NCBI GenBank assembly: GCA_021812945.1
Contig: JAKAMI010000001.1
Coordinates: 3,637 to 67,636 of the forward strand
Origin: a bacterium
Lineage (GTDB): Bacteria > Patescibacteriota > UBA1384 > XYA2-FULL-43-10 > JAKAMI01
Reading direction: 5' to 3'
DNA: 64,000 nucleotides
The position numbers and the translations under genes are program-made. Below the pieces are notes generated by a model that had not been told where the DNA came from, did no database searches, and saw only the letters and a program-made list of their open reading frames with translations. This document shows, one piece after another, positions 19,314 through 29,270 of this stretch; position 1 is the stretch's first letter, and each line of letters opens with the position of its first letter.

Positions 19314-20279
19314 TCACGCATTCAGAGCCTGCCATTGGACTGCGAACATCTCAGCGACCTCGCGGTGGCCGTGACTGAGGGCATGCTGGCTAGGGGTCAG
19401 CTCATCTTTGTCGGCGAGTGTGGGGTCGGCGCCATGCTCGAGTAGCGTCTTGAAGATCGAACCCATGTCGCCGAAGCGGCCGAGGTAGTGAGTCAGGACA
19501 GTCTGACCCGACTTGTTCTTGATGTTCGGACTGGCGCCAAGATCGAGCAGTCCGGTCACTGCCGCGGACAGGCGAGCTTCCGGCCAGTGCCAGACACTGA
19601 TTCCCTTACCGATGATGTGAAGCGGCGTCAGCCCGTCACTGTCCTGGGCATTGATCTCGGCGCCCAACTCAACCAGCTTGGCTGCCGTCAGGGGCTGACA
19701 CATCTCGGCCGCATTGTGGATAGGCTGGCGCCCTTTCTTGTTTCGAGGGCCGACCTTGGCTCCATGCCTGACCAGGAAAGCGACCTCGTCCGGGCGCGGA
19801 TAAAGCGACGTTGTCAGCTTGTGGAGCGGGGTATCCCCGTCCTGCTCGGTGGCGTTGATGTTGGCGCCCCGCTCTAGCAGAGCCTCGACCCTGTCATGCG
19901 GGATGACGTTCTGCAATGCACACTCGTAGTAGATCCAGAACAACGGAGTGTGCCCCCATGCCGAACGGCAGTCGACTTCACCGCCAGCGGTGATCAGAGC
20001 GTAAAGGTCCTCATTGGTTCCGTGCAACCCAACCCAATGAGGCAGGCAGCTGAGCTGGTCGCGCGCGGCGTTGGGGTCTCCACCCAACTCCAGATATTCA
20101 AGCAGTCTCTCACTACTGTAGTACGGAGGGTTGGTAGCCATCCAGTAAGCGTGGCCGATAACCCTCTCCAGATCTGGCTTATCCATGTCAATGACCTCCC
20201 ATCGGGTTTCAGGGGCTTGGTACCAGTATTTACCCCTGATGTTATCAGATAAGCACAAATTAAACAAAAACTCAACCAT
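19314..20279 (-). CDS. Ankyrin-repeat protein (>=5 ANK repeats), GC-rich relative to surroundings
   Basis: Repeated ANK consensus (DGDTPLHKLT, GRQPIHNAAE, DGLTPLHIIG, SGQTVLTHYL, LLEHGADP). Confidence 0.8.
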   Translation of the reverse strand: MVEFLFNLCLSDNIRGKYWYQAPETRWEVIDMDKPDLERVIGHAYWMATNPPYYSSERLLEYLELGGDPNAARDQLSCLPHWVGLHGTNEDLYALITAGGEVDCRSAWGHTPLFWIYYECALQNVIPHDRVEALLERGANINATEQDGDTPLHKLTTSLYPRPDEVAFLVRHGAKVGPRNKKGRQPIHNAAEMCQPLTAAKLVELGAEINAQDSDGLTPLHIIGKGISVWHWPEARLSAAVTGLLDLGASPNIKNKSGQTVLTHYLGRFGDMGSIFKTLLEHGADPTLADKDELTPSQHALSHGHREVAEMFAVQWQALNA

Positions 20280-20391
20280 TGCAGGTTAAGTTTCACAATT
20301 TTTTCTCTTAAAAATAAAATGGTCACGGGTGTGTGTTCCAAAATGAGAGCATGTGTATACAAAAAATACGGGGCCATAACTGTAAATTTCG

Positions 20392-20781
20392 TGGTGGAGG
20401 TGGCGGGAGTCGCACCCGCGTCCGAAAGGTAAAAACTTAAACTTCTACAGGCTTAGTTCCGATGAATTTTGTTTGAACAAGTGAAAATATCGGAACAAAT
20501 ATCACCTGCTCTATCTAAAGTAAGTCTTAAGGCGAATCGCTTTAGAACCGATAAGCCAGCAATTCGAAGTATGACGTGGTAATACTTTGGTCGAATAGCC
20601 AAAGTAGCCACGGTCGCGGCGATTAGGCTGCGACTGGCGCAAAAGTCATTCCTGCAAGAGCAGTATTGATTTTTGCTGAAAGTGATTTGACACTTAGTTT
20701 TGTCAACGCTTATACGGCGATTGACTCACCGGCCTGCTGCTTAAGTTTTTAATGTCCTTCCGTCGAAGCTAATACACCCCC
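20392..20781 (-). ncRNA. ssrA: tmRNA (ssrA), ~390 nt
   Basis: Minus-strand 3' end UUUCGGACGCGGGUGCGACUCCCGCCACCUCCACCA is nearly identical to the E. coli ssrA 3' end. 5' end GGGGGUGUAUUAGCUUCGACGGAAGG carries the UUCGACGG hallmark. Acceptor pairing GGGGGUG/CACCUCC. Candidate tag ORF GCA AAA AUC ...GUC GCA GCC UAA gives AKINTALAGMTFAPVAA. Confidence 0.88.
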
Positions 20782-20966
20782 GTAGTTTCGCCGTCGATAA
20801 CTCAATATCCAAGAGACAAATTCCAAACCTTGAATCCTAGACGCAAATGAGGATTTTCGAGTCTCTTGATTATACCGAAAATCAGTCTGGCAATCAAGCC
20901 CTGATGACCTTCGAGATCATTTTTGATACAATCGAACCAGCCTTTATTTTTTAGCTTAAAATTACC

Positions 20967-22136
20967 ATGGATCATGGCGAAGAGTCACTCAAACGTCACA
21001 AAAAGCTAAAGGGCAAGATCGGCATTTACTCTAAAATGGGGGTCAATTCTCTGGAAGATCTCTCGGTTTTCTACACCCCGGGAGTGGCGGCGGTATCCAG
21101 AGAGATCGCCAAAGACAAAGACAAGATCTGGGACTATTCAATGCGCAACAACAGCGTGGCCGTGATCACCGACGGCTCGGCGGTTTTGGGTCTCGGGAAT
21201 ATCGGTCCCGAAGCGGCTCAGCCGGTTATGGCCGGCAAGGCTCTGCTTTTCAAGGAATTTGCCGGTATCGATGCCTATCCTCTTTGTCTCGACACGCAAG
21301 AAACCGCTGAAATCATTATGATCTGCCGGTCCCTGGCGCCCTCTTTCGGCGGGATCAACCTGGAGGACATTTCGGCCCCAAGATGTTTCGAGATTGAAAA
21401 TGCTCTGCAGGATCTCGGCATTCCGGTCATGCATGACGATCAGCATGGGACGGCCATAGTGGTTCTGGCAGGACTGATAAATGCCAGTAAAGTTGTCGGT
21501 AAATCGTTGGAAAAATGCAAAATAGTGGTCAACGGTCTGGGAGCCGCGGGCACGGCCACTGCTCGGATGATTAGCGAATTTACCGGTTACAGAGCCAATA
21601 TTTTACTGGTGGACAGTCAAGGGTTAGTTTGTTCCCGCTCGAAAATTAGCGGATATAAGAAACAAATCTGTAAAACAGTCGGGATTAGTAAGCTATCCGG
21701 AGGCTTGGCGGACGCAGTGAGAGGCGCCGATATTTTTATCGGCCTGTCCGCTCCCCACGTGCTGACCAAAGAAATGGTTCGGTCGATGAATAGTAATGCT
21801 ATCGTTTTTGCTATGGCCAATCCCGTTCCGGAGATCGAGCCGGAAGAGGCTCTGGACGCCGGAGCGGCTATAGTCGCCACCGGCCGGAGCGACTTTCCCA
21901 ACCAGGTCAACAATGTCCTGGCTTTTCCGGGAATTTTTCGCGGCGCTTTGGACGCCAAAGCCACCAAAATTACCGAGAAAATGAAACTGGCCGCCACCAT
22001 GGCCTTGGCCGGGGCCACCGGCAAAGCCACGGCGAACCGGATCCTCCCGCAGCCTTTGGAAAAGCAAGTGGTCAAAAAAATCGCTCGGGCCGTCAAGGAC
22101 GCCGCTATTAAAAGCGGTGTTATCAGAAAATGCTAA
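20967..22136 (+). CDS. NAD(P)-dependent malic enzyme (short bacterial form)
   Basis: FYTPGVAAVS, VITDGSAVLGLGNIGP, VVNGLGAAGTA Rossmann motif. Confidence 0.88.
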   Translation: MDHGEESLKRHKKLKGKIGIYSKMGVNSLEDLSVFYTPGVAAVSREIAKDKDKIWDYSMRNNSVAVITDGSAVLGLGNIGPEAAQPVMAGKALLFKEFAGIDAYPLCLDTQETAEIIMICRSLAPSFGGINLEDISAPRCFEIENALQDLGIPVMHDDQHGTAIVVLAGLINASKVVGKSLEKCKIVVNGLGAAGTATARMISEFTGYRANILLVDSQGLVCSRSKISGYKKQICKTVGISKLSGGLADAVRGADIFIGLSAPHVLTKEMVRSMNSNAIVFAMANPVPEIEPEEALDAGAAIVATGRSDFPNQVNNVLAFPGIFRGALDAKATKITEKMKLAATMALAGATGKATANRILPQPLEKQVVKKIARAVKDAAIKSGVIRKC

Positions 22137-22260
22137 AGGAGAACACGGCATTTGCGTTGATCAATAATATCGGATAAACTCTGGTTAAGAATTGAAAATC
22201 GGCGATAGAATAGTTTTGAGCCTGTCTGATACGCAGACTCATAGAGACGGGGAGGTCTCG

Positions 22261-25200
22261 ATGCGGGGAGTTATTCTAAGAGGAATTTTCGGTTTTTTGA
22301 TCCCCTTTTTCGGGGTTTTTTTGTTTTTCAGCCACGCCCAGGCCGATTCGCCCGATTCGTACTTGAAAGGCGATGCCTTCAACTCCGGTATCGCCAGCGG
22401 CCATTTCAACCCCAAAGTCAAGAAACAATGGTCGATCTCCTATTCGAATTCCTTTTACGCTCCGGTGATCAGCGGCAACACCATGATTTACTCCGAATTC
22501 ATTAACACCCAAGTTCATATTAAAGCCGTGAACATTTACACTCGGGAGCTTAGCTGGAAATACGTATCCGCCCCCAACAGTTCTTTATGCTCGCCGACCC
22601 TAAACGGAGGATATGTCTTTGTTTGCGAAGGGCGGATCGCTATCCTGAATATTTCAGACGGGCAGCTGGCCGGTAGCATCGAGAAACCGCGGAGCGACGG
22701 GAGTTTTGTCCGGATCACGGTGACCGAGGACAAAGTTCTGGGTTTTACCGCTCCCAGCCATCGTCTTTATGCCTACCAAATGTCTACTTGGCAACCGCTT
22801 TGGAATCGGGCCGAAGCGGCTACCCCAAGCTCTGCGGTCATTACTTACAAACACCGAGTTTATTACAATGCCAATCCCTATGCCGGCATAACCTACGCCA
22901 TCAACCTTGCCGATGGGACTTCGCTCTGGGAGGTACAACACCTCGGTATGGTTGGGAATCTGGTTTTTTCGGACATTACCAAAATGTTTTACGATCCGAC
23001 ACGGCATTGGGGGATGGATGCGGAGACCGGAGCCAAAAGTGGTGCGTATTTCAACCAAGGTTGGCCGATTTTCGCCGGCGGCAACATCAATGCCTTTAGT
23101 AACGACGGAAACTACATCTTGCACATCCTCTATACTCCTCGGGGAATAACTTACGACGCCCCTTTTGCAGTCAATGAATATATCCGTTCAAACCCTCTAC
23201 TGGTCGACGGTAAAATCTACTTCGTCACCTCTAAACCGAGATTGGTGCAGTTTAACACCTCCGGACGGCTGACCGGATCCTTTGATCTGCCGGGTGTCAC
23301 TGTTTTTGGCGGCGAACTCACAATCGACCATGGGCGGCTGATAATTTACAATTTCGGCGCCAAGGAGCTGGAATACTTCGACGCCGACCGGATCTTGACC
23401 AAAGGTAGCGAAGCTTTCACTCTCCGTTCTCCCTATACCGACTACGGCCAGACTTTCTTGGGACAGTTGCATGCACACTATATTCCTGAAAATCCACTCA
23501 GCTGGGAATATTACATAAAAGATAAATTCTCTCCTAGCTTTACTGAATCAAAATACATGAACGAAGGATACAACTTTATTGCCTTGACCGAACATAATAC
23601 AGTCACCCCCGATCCTCATGTGCCCGGGATAATGCATATTATCAACTCAGAAGAAGACACCCAACCACCAGGTGGAAATCATCTTTTGGCCATCGGGATA
23701 CTAAACGCAATAGATGAAACAAAAAGTGATCAGGAGAGAGTTGACAGTATAACAACTCAAAATGGAATCGCTGTTGTTGCTCACCCTAACGAGAGAAGAT
23801 ATCGGATGTCATGGAGTAGAATATCTGCTCTGAATGGCCTAAATTTGTTCAATATCTACTCAAAAGGGAGTGATAATACTATAGTTACGATTGATTGCAA
23901 ACTGAAAAACTGCTCTAACTCGACAGATAATTGGGACTCAATTCTATCGGGGCGAAGATCTATATTCGGCACCGCTGATGATGACTATACTCCGGGGAAC
24001 ATTGGTTTTGACGGCGGAGCGGTGATGGTCAACGCACCTACGCTCTCCCAAGAAGCGATAATGGAAAACCTGAAAAAAGGCAATTTCTACGCGGTTCAAG
24101 GATCAAAAGCGCCTCGGATCAAAGTCACAAACTCCGCAGACACCGTTTCGGTTTTGTCCGGTAAGCCGGGTAAGATCAAATTCATCGGGCGTTTCGGTAA
24201 ATTGCTGAAAGAGTTTAAAGATGTTTCTTCCGCAAGTTATCAAGTTACCGGTTCCGAGCAATACCTCCGTGTCGAAGTTGAGGCCGATGGCAAAATCTCT
24301 TGGAGTCAGCCGATTTGGGTAGACAAGGTAGTCACCGGCCAGACAGCCTTCGGCCGCCAACACTACGAAAATTCCGACCTGACTCTGGAGACAAATACCA
24401 CGGAAGCGGTAAATATCGCAACTTCTCAAAACCAAAACTGTCCGGCGAGCGGTTGTATCACTCCTGTTTATTCTCTTGGAACTACCGGAGATCAGCTGGA
24501 GAGTCCAAATCTCACTTTTAATTATCCGGATAATCTCCCCGGGAAGCTGGAAAGATACCTATCGATTTTCACTCGTTCCACTGAGGGAAGCTGGCAAAAA
24601 GTTGCATCTTCGATAGATACCTCGCTCAACACAGTTTCAGCAACTCTGCCGCACTTTTCAGACTATGTTTTAAGTCCGGATCTACCGGCGACAGGTACCG
24701 TAGCTCCGGTTGTAGATATTTTATCGCCAACCCCAGACCAAGAACTTGAAGCTTCCCAAACACTAAATCTTCAAGCGCAAATCAGCAACAACCAGGCCGT
24801 CGACTCGGTGTTTTTGTATCTCGACGACCAAGCCATCGATTACCAAAACGATCTCCAGTCTTCGTATAGCTACAAGCTGCAACTGAATAATTTGCCTGAT
24901 GGGATACACAGAATAAAGTTAACGGTAGTCGATCTCTTTGGTAATTCGACCGAGAAAGAAGTAAACTTCAGAGTCATAAACAGTGGCTATTTCCTACCAC
25001 GACTTTCTATCGAAAGCATTGATCGGTCTGGAAATAACCTGAAAGTTTCGGGGTCAATAACAAATCTGCAAAACCTGAAACAAATCGACGTTTACGCCGA
25101 CGGATACTACCTAGAGACCGTCGAAACCGATCATCCCGGTCTGGAGTACAGCTTGGATCTAGCCAATCTCACCAACGCAACCCACAGTTTGGAGTTTAGA

Positions 25201-25593
25201 CTCTTGGCGACAAATGGTGAAGTAAGTCTCACCAGTCAGCAGTTCAAACTTGGACTTTCTGCCGTATCTGCCGCAAACATTGGTGCAATCGTGGACCCGA
25301 CCACAAACCAACAGACACAGATCGGTGTCGCAAAACTAATCGGGGTAGTTACCGAGTCTAATACCAACCTAACCCCCAACAAGGGACCTTTTGGTAGGAG
25401 CTCTGTAGCGTCAACAACAAACGCCCAGTCCCCAGAATCAACTCGTAACAATCTTGAAAAATATGAAGGAACAGGTCAGGTTAAGGGCACCAAGATAAAC
25501 AGGGAATCTGTAATCTCCGTATTAGTACTTGCAATATTAATATGTTTTTTATCGGTTCTAGCTTATCGAAAAAGAAAAAAACAGACAAAGTGA
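22261..25593 (+). CDS. Large secreted surface protein with C-terminal TM anchor plus basic tail
   Basis: Start preceded by GGGGAGG. N-terminal signal peptide, PQQ-like beta-propeller segments, a His-rich PHP-like block (QLHAHY...TEHNT...AHPNE), C-terminal LVLAILICFLSVLAYRKRKKQTK. Confidence 0.6.
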   Translation: MRGVILRGIFGFLIPFFGVFLFFSHAQADSPDSYLKGDAFNSGIASGHFNPKVKKQWSISYSNSFYAPVISGNTMIYSEFINTQVHIKAVNIYTRELSWKYVSAPNSSLCSPTLNGGYVFVCEGRIAILNISDGQLAGSIEKPRSDGSFVRITVTEDKVLGFTAPSHRLYAYQMSTWQPLWNRAEAATPSSAVITYKHRVYYNANPYAGITYAINLADGTSLWEVQHLGMVGNLVFSDITKMFYDPTRHWGMDAETGAKSGAYFNQGWPIFAGGNINAFSNDGNYILHILYTPRGITYDAPFAVNEYIRSNPLLVDGKIYFVTSKPRLVQFNTSGRLTGSFDLPGVTVFGGELTIDHGRLIIYNFGAKELEYFDADRILTKGSEAFTLRSPYTDYGQTFLGQLHAHYIPENPLSWEYYIKDKFSPSFTESKYMNEGYNFIALTEHNTVTPDPHVPGIMHIINSEEDTQPPGGNHLLAIGILNAIDETKSDQERVDSITTQNGIAVVAHPNERRYRMSWSRISALNGLNLFNIYSKGSDNTIVTIDCKLKNCSNSTDNWDSILSGRRSIFGTADDDYTPGNIGFDGGAVMVNAPTLSQEAIMENLKKGNFYAVQGSKAPRIKVTNSADTVSVLSGKPGKIKFIGRFGKLLKEFKDVSSASYQVTGSEQYLRVEVEADGKISWSQPIWVDKVVTGQTAFGRQHYENSDLTLETNTTEAVNIATSQNQNCPASGCITPVYSLGTTGDQLESPNLTFNYPDNLPGKLERYLSIFTRSTEGSWQKVASSIDTSLNTVSATLPHFSDYVLSPDLPATGTVAPVVDILSPTPDQELEASQTLNLQAQISNNQAVDSVFLYLDDQAIDYQNDLQSSYSYKLQLNNLPDGIHRIKLTVVDLFGNSTEKEVNFRVINSGYFLPRLSIESIDRSGNNLKVSGSITNLQNLKQIDVYADGYYLETVETDHPGLEYSLDLANLTNATHSLEFRLLATNGEVSLTSQQFKLGLSAVSAANIGAIVDPTTNQQTQIGVAKLIGVVTESNTNLTPNKGPFGRSSVASTTNAQSPESTRNNLEKYEGTGQVKGTKINRESVISVLVLAILICFLSVLAYRKRKKQTK

Positions 25594-25595
25594 AA

Positions 25596-25928
25596 TTAAA
25601 TAGAGGTGGTTGAGTAAACAATTACATAAGTCCAAAAAAATGCTAACAATGTCTCAAATATTAATAGGATAATGTTCAACTTGCTTCGTTTTATCGAAAT
25701 AATGCTGCAAAATATCGAGGCCAATAAAATTATCAAAATTAATATCTGTAGTGTACTAAACATTTCGGACGAGTAATTAGAAATATTTTCTATCGCAAAC
25801 ACCACAATCCCTGCCCCTAGCAACCCCCAGCTCCAGGCGGCGTAGTTGGGGCGATTTCCCGCACTCATAGTACCCTTTTTCATCTTTCCCTCCCTTAACA
25901 TTAAAAATATCTTATATTTTTCTAGCAA
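25596..25928 (-). CDS. Small hypothetical membrane protein
   Basis: ORF with predicted TM helices. No recognisable motifs. Confidence 0.4.
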   Translation of the reverse strand: MLEKYKIFLMLREGKMKKGTMSAGNRPNYAAWSWGLLGAGIVVFAIENISNYSSEMFSTLQILILIILLASIFCSIISIKRSKLNIILLIFETLLAFFWTYVIVYSTTSI

Positions 25929-25933
25929 ATTTG

Positions 25934-27934
25934 TTACCTAAAATCCGCTTTTAGGATCGTGTCCTGGTCAAGGACAAAGTTGATCGGATTTTTGTACTCC
26001 TCCGACTTTATATATATTTTCTTTCTGGGACTGCTTATTTCGATATTTTGGTTGCTCCCGACCGTCCCCGGTTGCTTCTGAATCAAAAGCTGATAATTGT
26101 CAGGAAAAATTAACTCCGGCGGAAGCTGATAATTGATCTGTAACTCACTCGTCTCCCCGGGCTTGGTATTCAGCCAAAAGGAAAAGACGGTTTTACCTTC
26201 CTCAAGAGAAGTGGCAATTCCTCCCTTGTCCCTGTTATTCCAATCGGAATAAGGAAAATCATCGCCGGAAAGAATCCGGTAATTGATGATCCTCGATCCC
26301 TCGGGGACGATAAGTTTGTTAAATGTTTTGTTGATCCCATCCGGCCAGTTGTAAGTGCCTTGATGAGATCTCTTGATATCGACTGTTTTTGAAACATGGC
26401 CGTCGGTGTCGAGGCTGATCTTCTGGCTCATTGCTTCTTTGACGTTTAAGCTACTCTTTTTGCCCCCGATATTTGAATTGCTGAGCAGTAAGTAATCACC
26501 ACCGAAGCTAGAAATCCTACCGGCATAATTCTGATCTTCGAGATAATTTTGAAGTGAAGTCTCATCGGCATAAAACAAAAGATGCTTACCAAACAAAGAA
26601 TCGTTTATCAAAGCCACTATTTGGGCACGCTTTTCTTTATTGTTTAATCCTGAAAAAGTTTTTTGAATAATCTTCGGCATCATCTCGGATAGTATCTTTT
26701 TGGGGGCATTTTCCGGCCAGTTGGACTTGTCCTTGAAATAGCCGATCTCGACTTGATACTCAATCTCCTGGAGGAAATTGTCGCCGGTCACAATCAGCCC
26801 ATAATCCGGCATCTCGATCGGTCCGATCAGCTTCAGAAGATTCGTTATTAAAGTGGTATCAAGAGCGATGACTCCGGCGGAGTTTTTTCCGGTTTCTTGA
26901 CTGTAAAACCACATCACCTTCTGTGCGGCTGGTTTGAAATCCTGATCGTAATTCGAATCGCGAAGCGCCAGGCTTGGGGTCACATATAAATATTCCGCAG
27001 GCGTAAAAATAGGATTTTTGGCCATATAAGGTTTGTCGATTTTGTAAATGTTGGTTTCAAAATCCAACTGTTTCAGGGCGCTGTCTTGGAATCCGGCCAC
27101 GGCGAAACTTCCCAAAAACCCTCCGGCCGGTCGCAGCTCTGAATTGTTTTGAAAGAGAATCAGATAATTTTTGGTGTCGTCGTGGGCAAATATCTTCGGG
27201 ATCAGATCATAAATATTTACCGCTTCTTTGACCTTGGACCGGATCTCCGGCAGGCTTGTCTTGAGTTGTTTTTTTAAGTCCGAATAATAGCCACCCCCGG
27301 ATGCCCCCAACATTTTGTCGGCATCGGACAATTCGGAATCGCAGATTTCAAGCCGGCCCTTATCGTTTAAGGCTACTTGGGTTAGTTTTTGAGTCATATC
27401 GGAAATTAACTGGATCTGATCGGTGGTTTTGGGGCCATTTCCGGAGGACAAAGCTTCAAGTCCGTTACTCAAAAGACTGACTGATCGGGTCATAGTTGAG
27501 ACGATTTTAATGATTTTCGTCGATTCGTTCAGTTTGGAATCGCTTTGGGGCAGATAAAAAAAATAGGGGATATACTGCCCGGTTTGCTGAAGCTGAACTT
27601 TGAGCGCGGTTAATTTTTTGTCGGCGCTTTTGAAACGGCCGGCAGCGGTTTGATAATCGTTTTCATTGATGCCCTTTAGCCCCTGCTCGATCTCGTCCTG
27701 AATGACACGGCTGTTCATTTCTAAATCATTTTTATAAGCCTGGACTCGGTCGAGGCTGAAAACCGTCCCAAAAGAGACAATCAGGAAAAATAATATGTAG
27801 AGAAGCCCCGGGATGATATTGACGGGTTTTTTGTTTCTTTGTTTTGAAAAATAAAAATCCTCGACAATGGGTTTTTGCCGCACATACCTAGGTCTTTCGA
27901 CGACTTTCTTTTCCAGCCCATCGACACTTTTCAA
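25934..27934 (-). CDS. DUF4012-like membrane-anchored protein (polysaccharide-cluster associated)
   Basis: N-terminal TM, then a large extracytoplasmic domain with LILFQNNSELRPAGGFLGSFA, recalled as the DUF4012 signature. Adjacent to a GT4 and a WbaP-like transferase. Confidence 0.5.
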   Translation of the reverse strand: MKSVDGLEKKVVERPRYVRQKPIVEDFYFSKQRNKKPVNIIPGLLYILFFLIVSFGTVFSLDRVQAYKNDLEMNSRVIQDEIEQGLKGINENDYQTAAGRFKSADKKLTALKVQLQQTGQYIPYFFYLPQSDSKLNESTKIIKIVSTMTRSVSLLSNGLEALSSGNGPKTTDQIQLISDMTQKLTQVALNDKGRLEICDSELSDADKMLGASGGGYYSDLKKQLKTSLPEIRSKVKEAVNIYDLIPKIFAHDDTKNYLILFQNNSELRPAGGFLGSFAVAGFQDSALKQLDFETNIYKIDKPYMAKNPIFTPAEYLYVTPSLALRDSNYDQDFKPAAQKVMWFYSQETGKNSAGVIALDTTLITNLLKLIGPIEMPDYGLIVTGDNFLQEIEYQVEIGYFKDKSNWPENAPKKILSEMMPKIIQKTFSGLNNKEKRAQIVALINDSLFGKHLLFYADETSLQNYLEDQNYAGRISSFGGDYLLLSNSNIGGKKSSLNVKEAMSQKISLDTDGHVSKTVDIKRSHQGTYNWPDGINKTFNKLIVPEGSRIINYRILSGDDFPYSDWNNRDKGGIATSLEEGKTVFSFWLNTKPGETSELQINYQLPPELIFPDNYQLLIQKQPGTVGSNQNIEISSPRKKIYIKSEEYKNPINFVLDQDTILKADFR

Positions 27935-28016
27935 ATTTCCCCTCCAAACATAACGAAGTTATTTTTGCCCCGCGAAGTCCCAAAGCGTCGGAACGAAGTG
28001 GGGCCAGTTAATTTCT

Positions 28017-28057
28017 GCAAAGACAGTCTTTACTGTATTTACAAAGACTGTCTTTAC
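28017..28057. repeat. REP-like palindrome (AAAGACAGTCTTT family)
   Basis: CAAAGACAGTCTTTACTGTATTTACAAAGACTGTCTTTAC. Confidence 0.75.
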
Positions 28058-28132
28058 TCCTCGACCTTGTTTGATTATTTGGATATTGATTATTGATATT
28101 TGTTTGTATCTTGTTTCTTGGTTATTATCCGC

Positions 28133-28187
28133 TAATCTGTGGAATTGATCTGTGGAGGTCACCCGTCGATCAGCGGAGTGGCGGTCC
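28133..28187. repeat. GGTGACC/CCACWGAT family copy D (two tandem right-arm units)
   Basis: TAATCTGTGGAATTGATCTGTGGAGGTCACC followed by CGTCGATCAGCGGAGTGGCGGTCC. Overlaps the 3' end of the GT4 gene. Confidence 0.55.
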
Positions 28188-29270
28188 GTTTTTTTGATAA
28201 TCTTTAACCATTTCGTCCACGGTTTCTTTGAAGCGGTGGCGGAAAATCGCATTGTCGAAATCAAAAGATGTCTGACGAAGCCTCTCCGGGTCGTAACGGT
28301 CGGGATCAAAATTCCGGATGGTATCGATAAGACATTGCGGGGTCTGTTCCTTAAAAAAAGTGCCGTTTATGCCCTCTTTGATCGTCTCAAGCGCTCCGCC
28401 GGAAGCGTAAGCTATCACCGGCCGGCCGGAAGCGAGGGCCTCGATCGGGACAATCCCAAAATCTTCGTCAGCCGGAAAAACAAAAGCCTTGGCCTTGCCG
28501 TAAACTTCAGCCTGTTCTTTGTCCGGCAGGCGACCGAGAAATTTAATATTTGACTTGGCCAAGACCTTAAGTTTCTTTTGCTCGGGGCCGGTACCAACTA
28601 CATAAAGAGGTTTTTTTAGATCGTTAAAGGCTCGAATAACCAGATCAACTTTTTTGTACGGCACCAGTCGACCGACACAAAGGTAGTAGTCTGAGATTTC
28701 GGATCTGTTGTAAGGTTTGAACCTGGAAGTGTCGACCGGCGGGTAAACCACCCTGCTCTCACGGCGGTAATATTTCCAGATTTTTTTCTTAATATTTTCG
28801 GAGTTGGCAATGAAATAATCCGGCCGCAGAGCGGCTAATCTGTCCCAGGTCAGGAGATTGTGGTTTGCCCATTTTTTCAAAGCGCTACCGGAGGCGCGGT
28901 TGTCCAGATGAGATTCCCAAAGATAGCGTGTCGGGGTATGGCAATAACAAATATGAGGCGTTTCGACTTTGGTAATGACCCCCTTGGCGGCGAAAGAGGA
29001 GTTCGATATGACAAGATCATACTTTCCTAAATCCAGGTTTTCAAAGGCATAAGGCATCAGAGGGATCATCAACTGCCTTTTCTTGACGCTTAGAGGAATC
29101 TTTTGCAGAAAACTGCTCCTCAAATTATGGCCCCGAAAGCGCACCAGGTTTTCAGAATCTGTGACTGAGGTGAAAATATCGGCTTTCGGATATATCTCGA
29201 CCAGCTGTTCCAGCACTCGCTCCATGCCGGCAAAGCCGGTCAACCAATCATGAATTATGGCGATATTCAT
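28170..29270 (-). CDS. Glycosyltransferase family 4
   Basis: GT4 C-terminal EDFGIVPIEALASGRPVIA...GINGTFF. Confidence 0.8.
   Translation of the reverse strand: MNIAIIHDWLTGFAGMERVLEQLVEIYPKADIFTSVTDSENLVRFRGHNLRSSFLQKIPLSVKKRQLMIPLMPYAFENLDLGKYDLVISNSSFAAKGVITKVETPHICYCHTPTRYLWESHLDNRASGSALKKWANHNLLTWDRLAALRPDYFIANSENIKKKIWKYYRRESRVVYPPVDTSRFKPYNRSEISDYYLCVGRLVPYKKVDLVIRAFNDLKKPLYVVGTGPEQKKLKVLAKSNIKFLGRLPDKEQAEVYGKAKAFVFPADEDFGIVPIEALASGRPVIAYASGGALETIKEGINGTFFKEQTPQCLIDTIRNFDPDRYDPERLRQTSFDFDNAIFRHRFKETVDEMVKDYQKNGPPLR

Noticed and set aside
20392-20420. tRNA-like T-arm and CCA end on the minus strand
   Set aside because: It is the tRNA-like domain of tmRNA. The 5' partner GGGGGUG...UUCGACGG lies 390 nt away and there is no anticodon arm, so it is not a tRNA gene.
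20782-20966. Clear sigma-70 promoter for ssrA or malic enzyme
   Set aside because: Only weak candidate hexamers are present (possible leaderless TAAAAT 4 nt before the malic enzyme ATG). Not confident enough to annotate.
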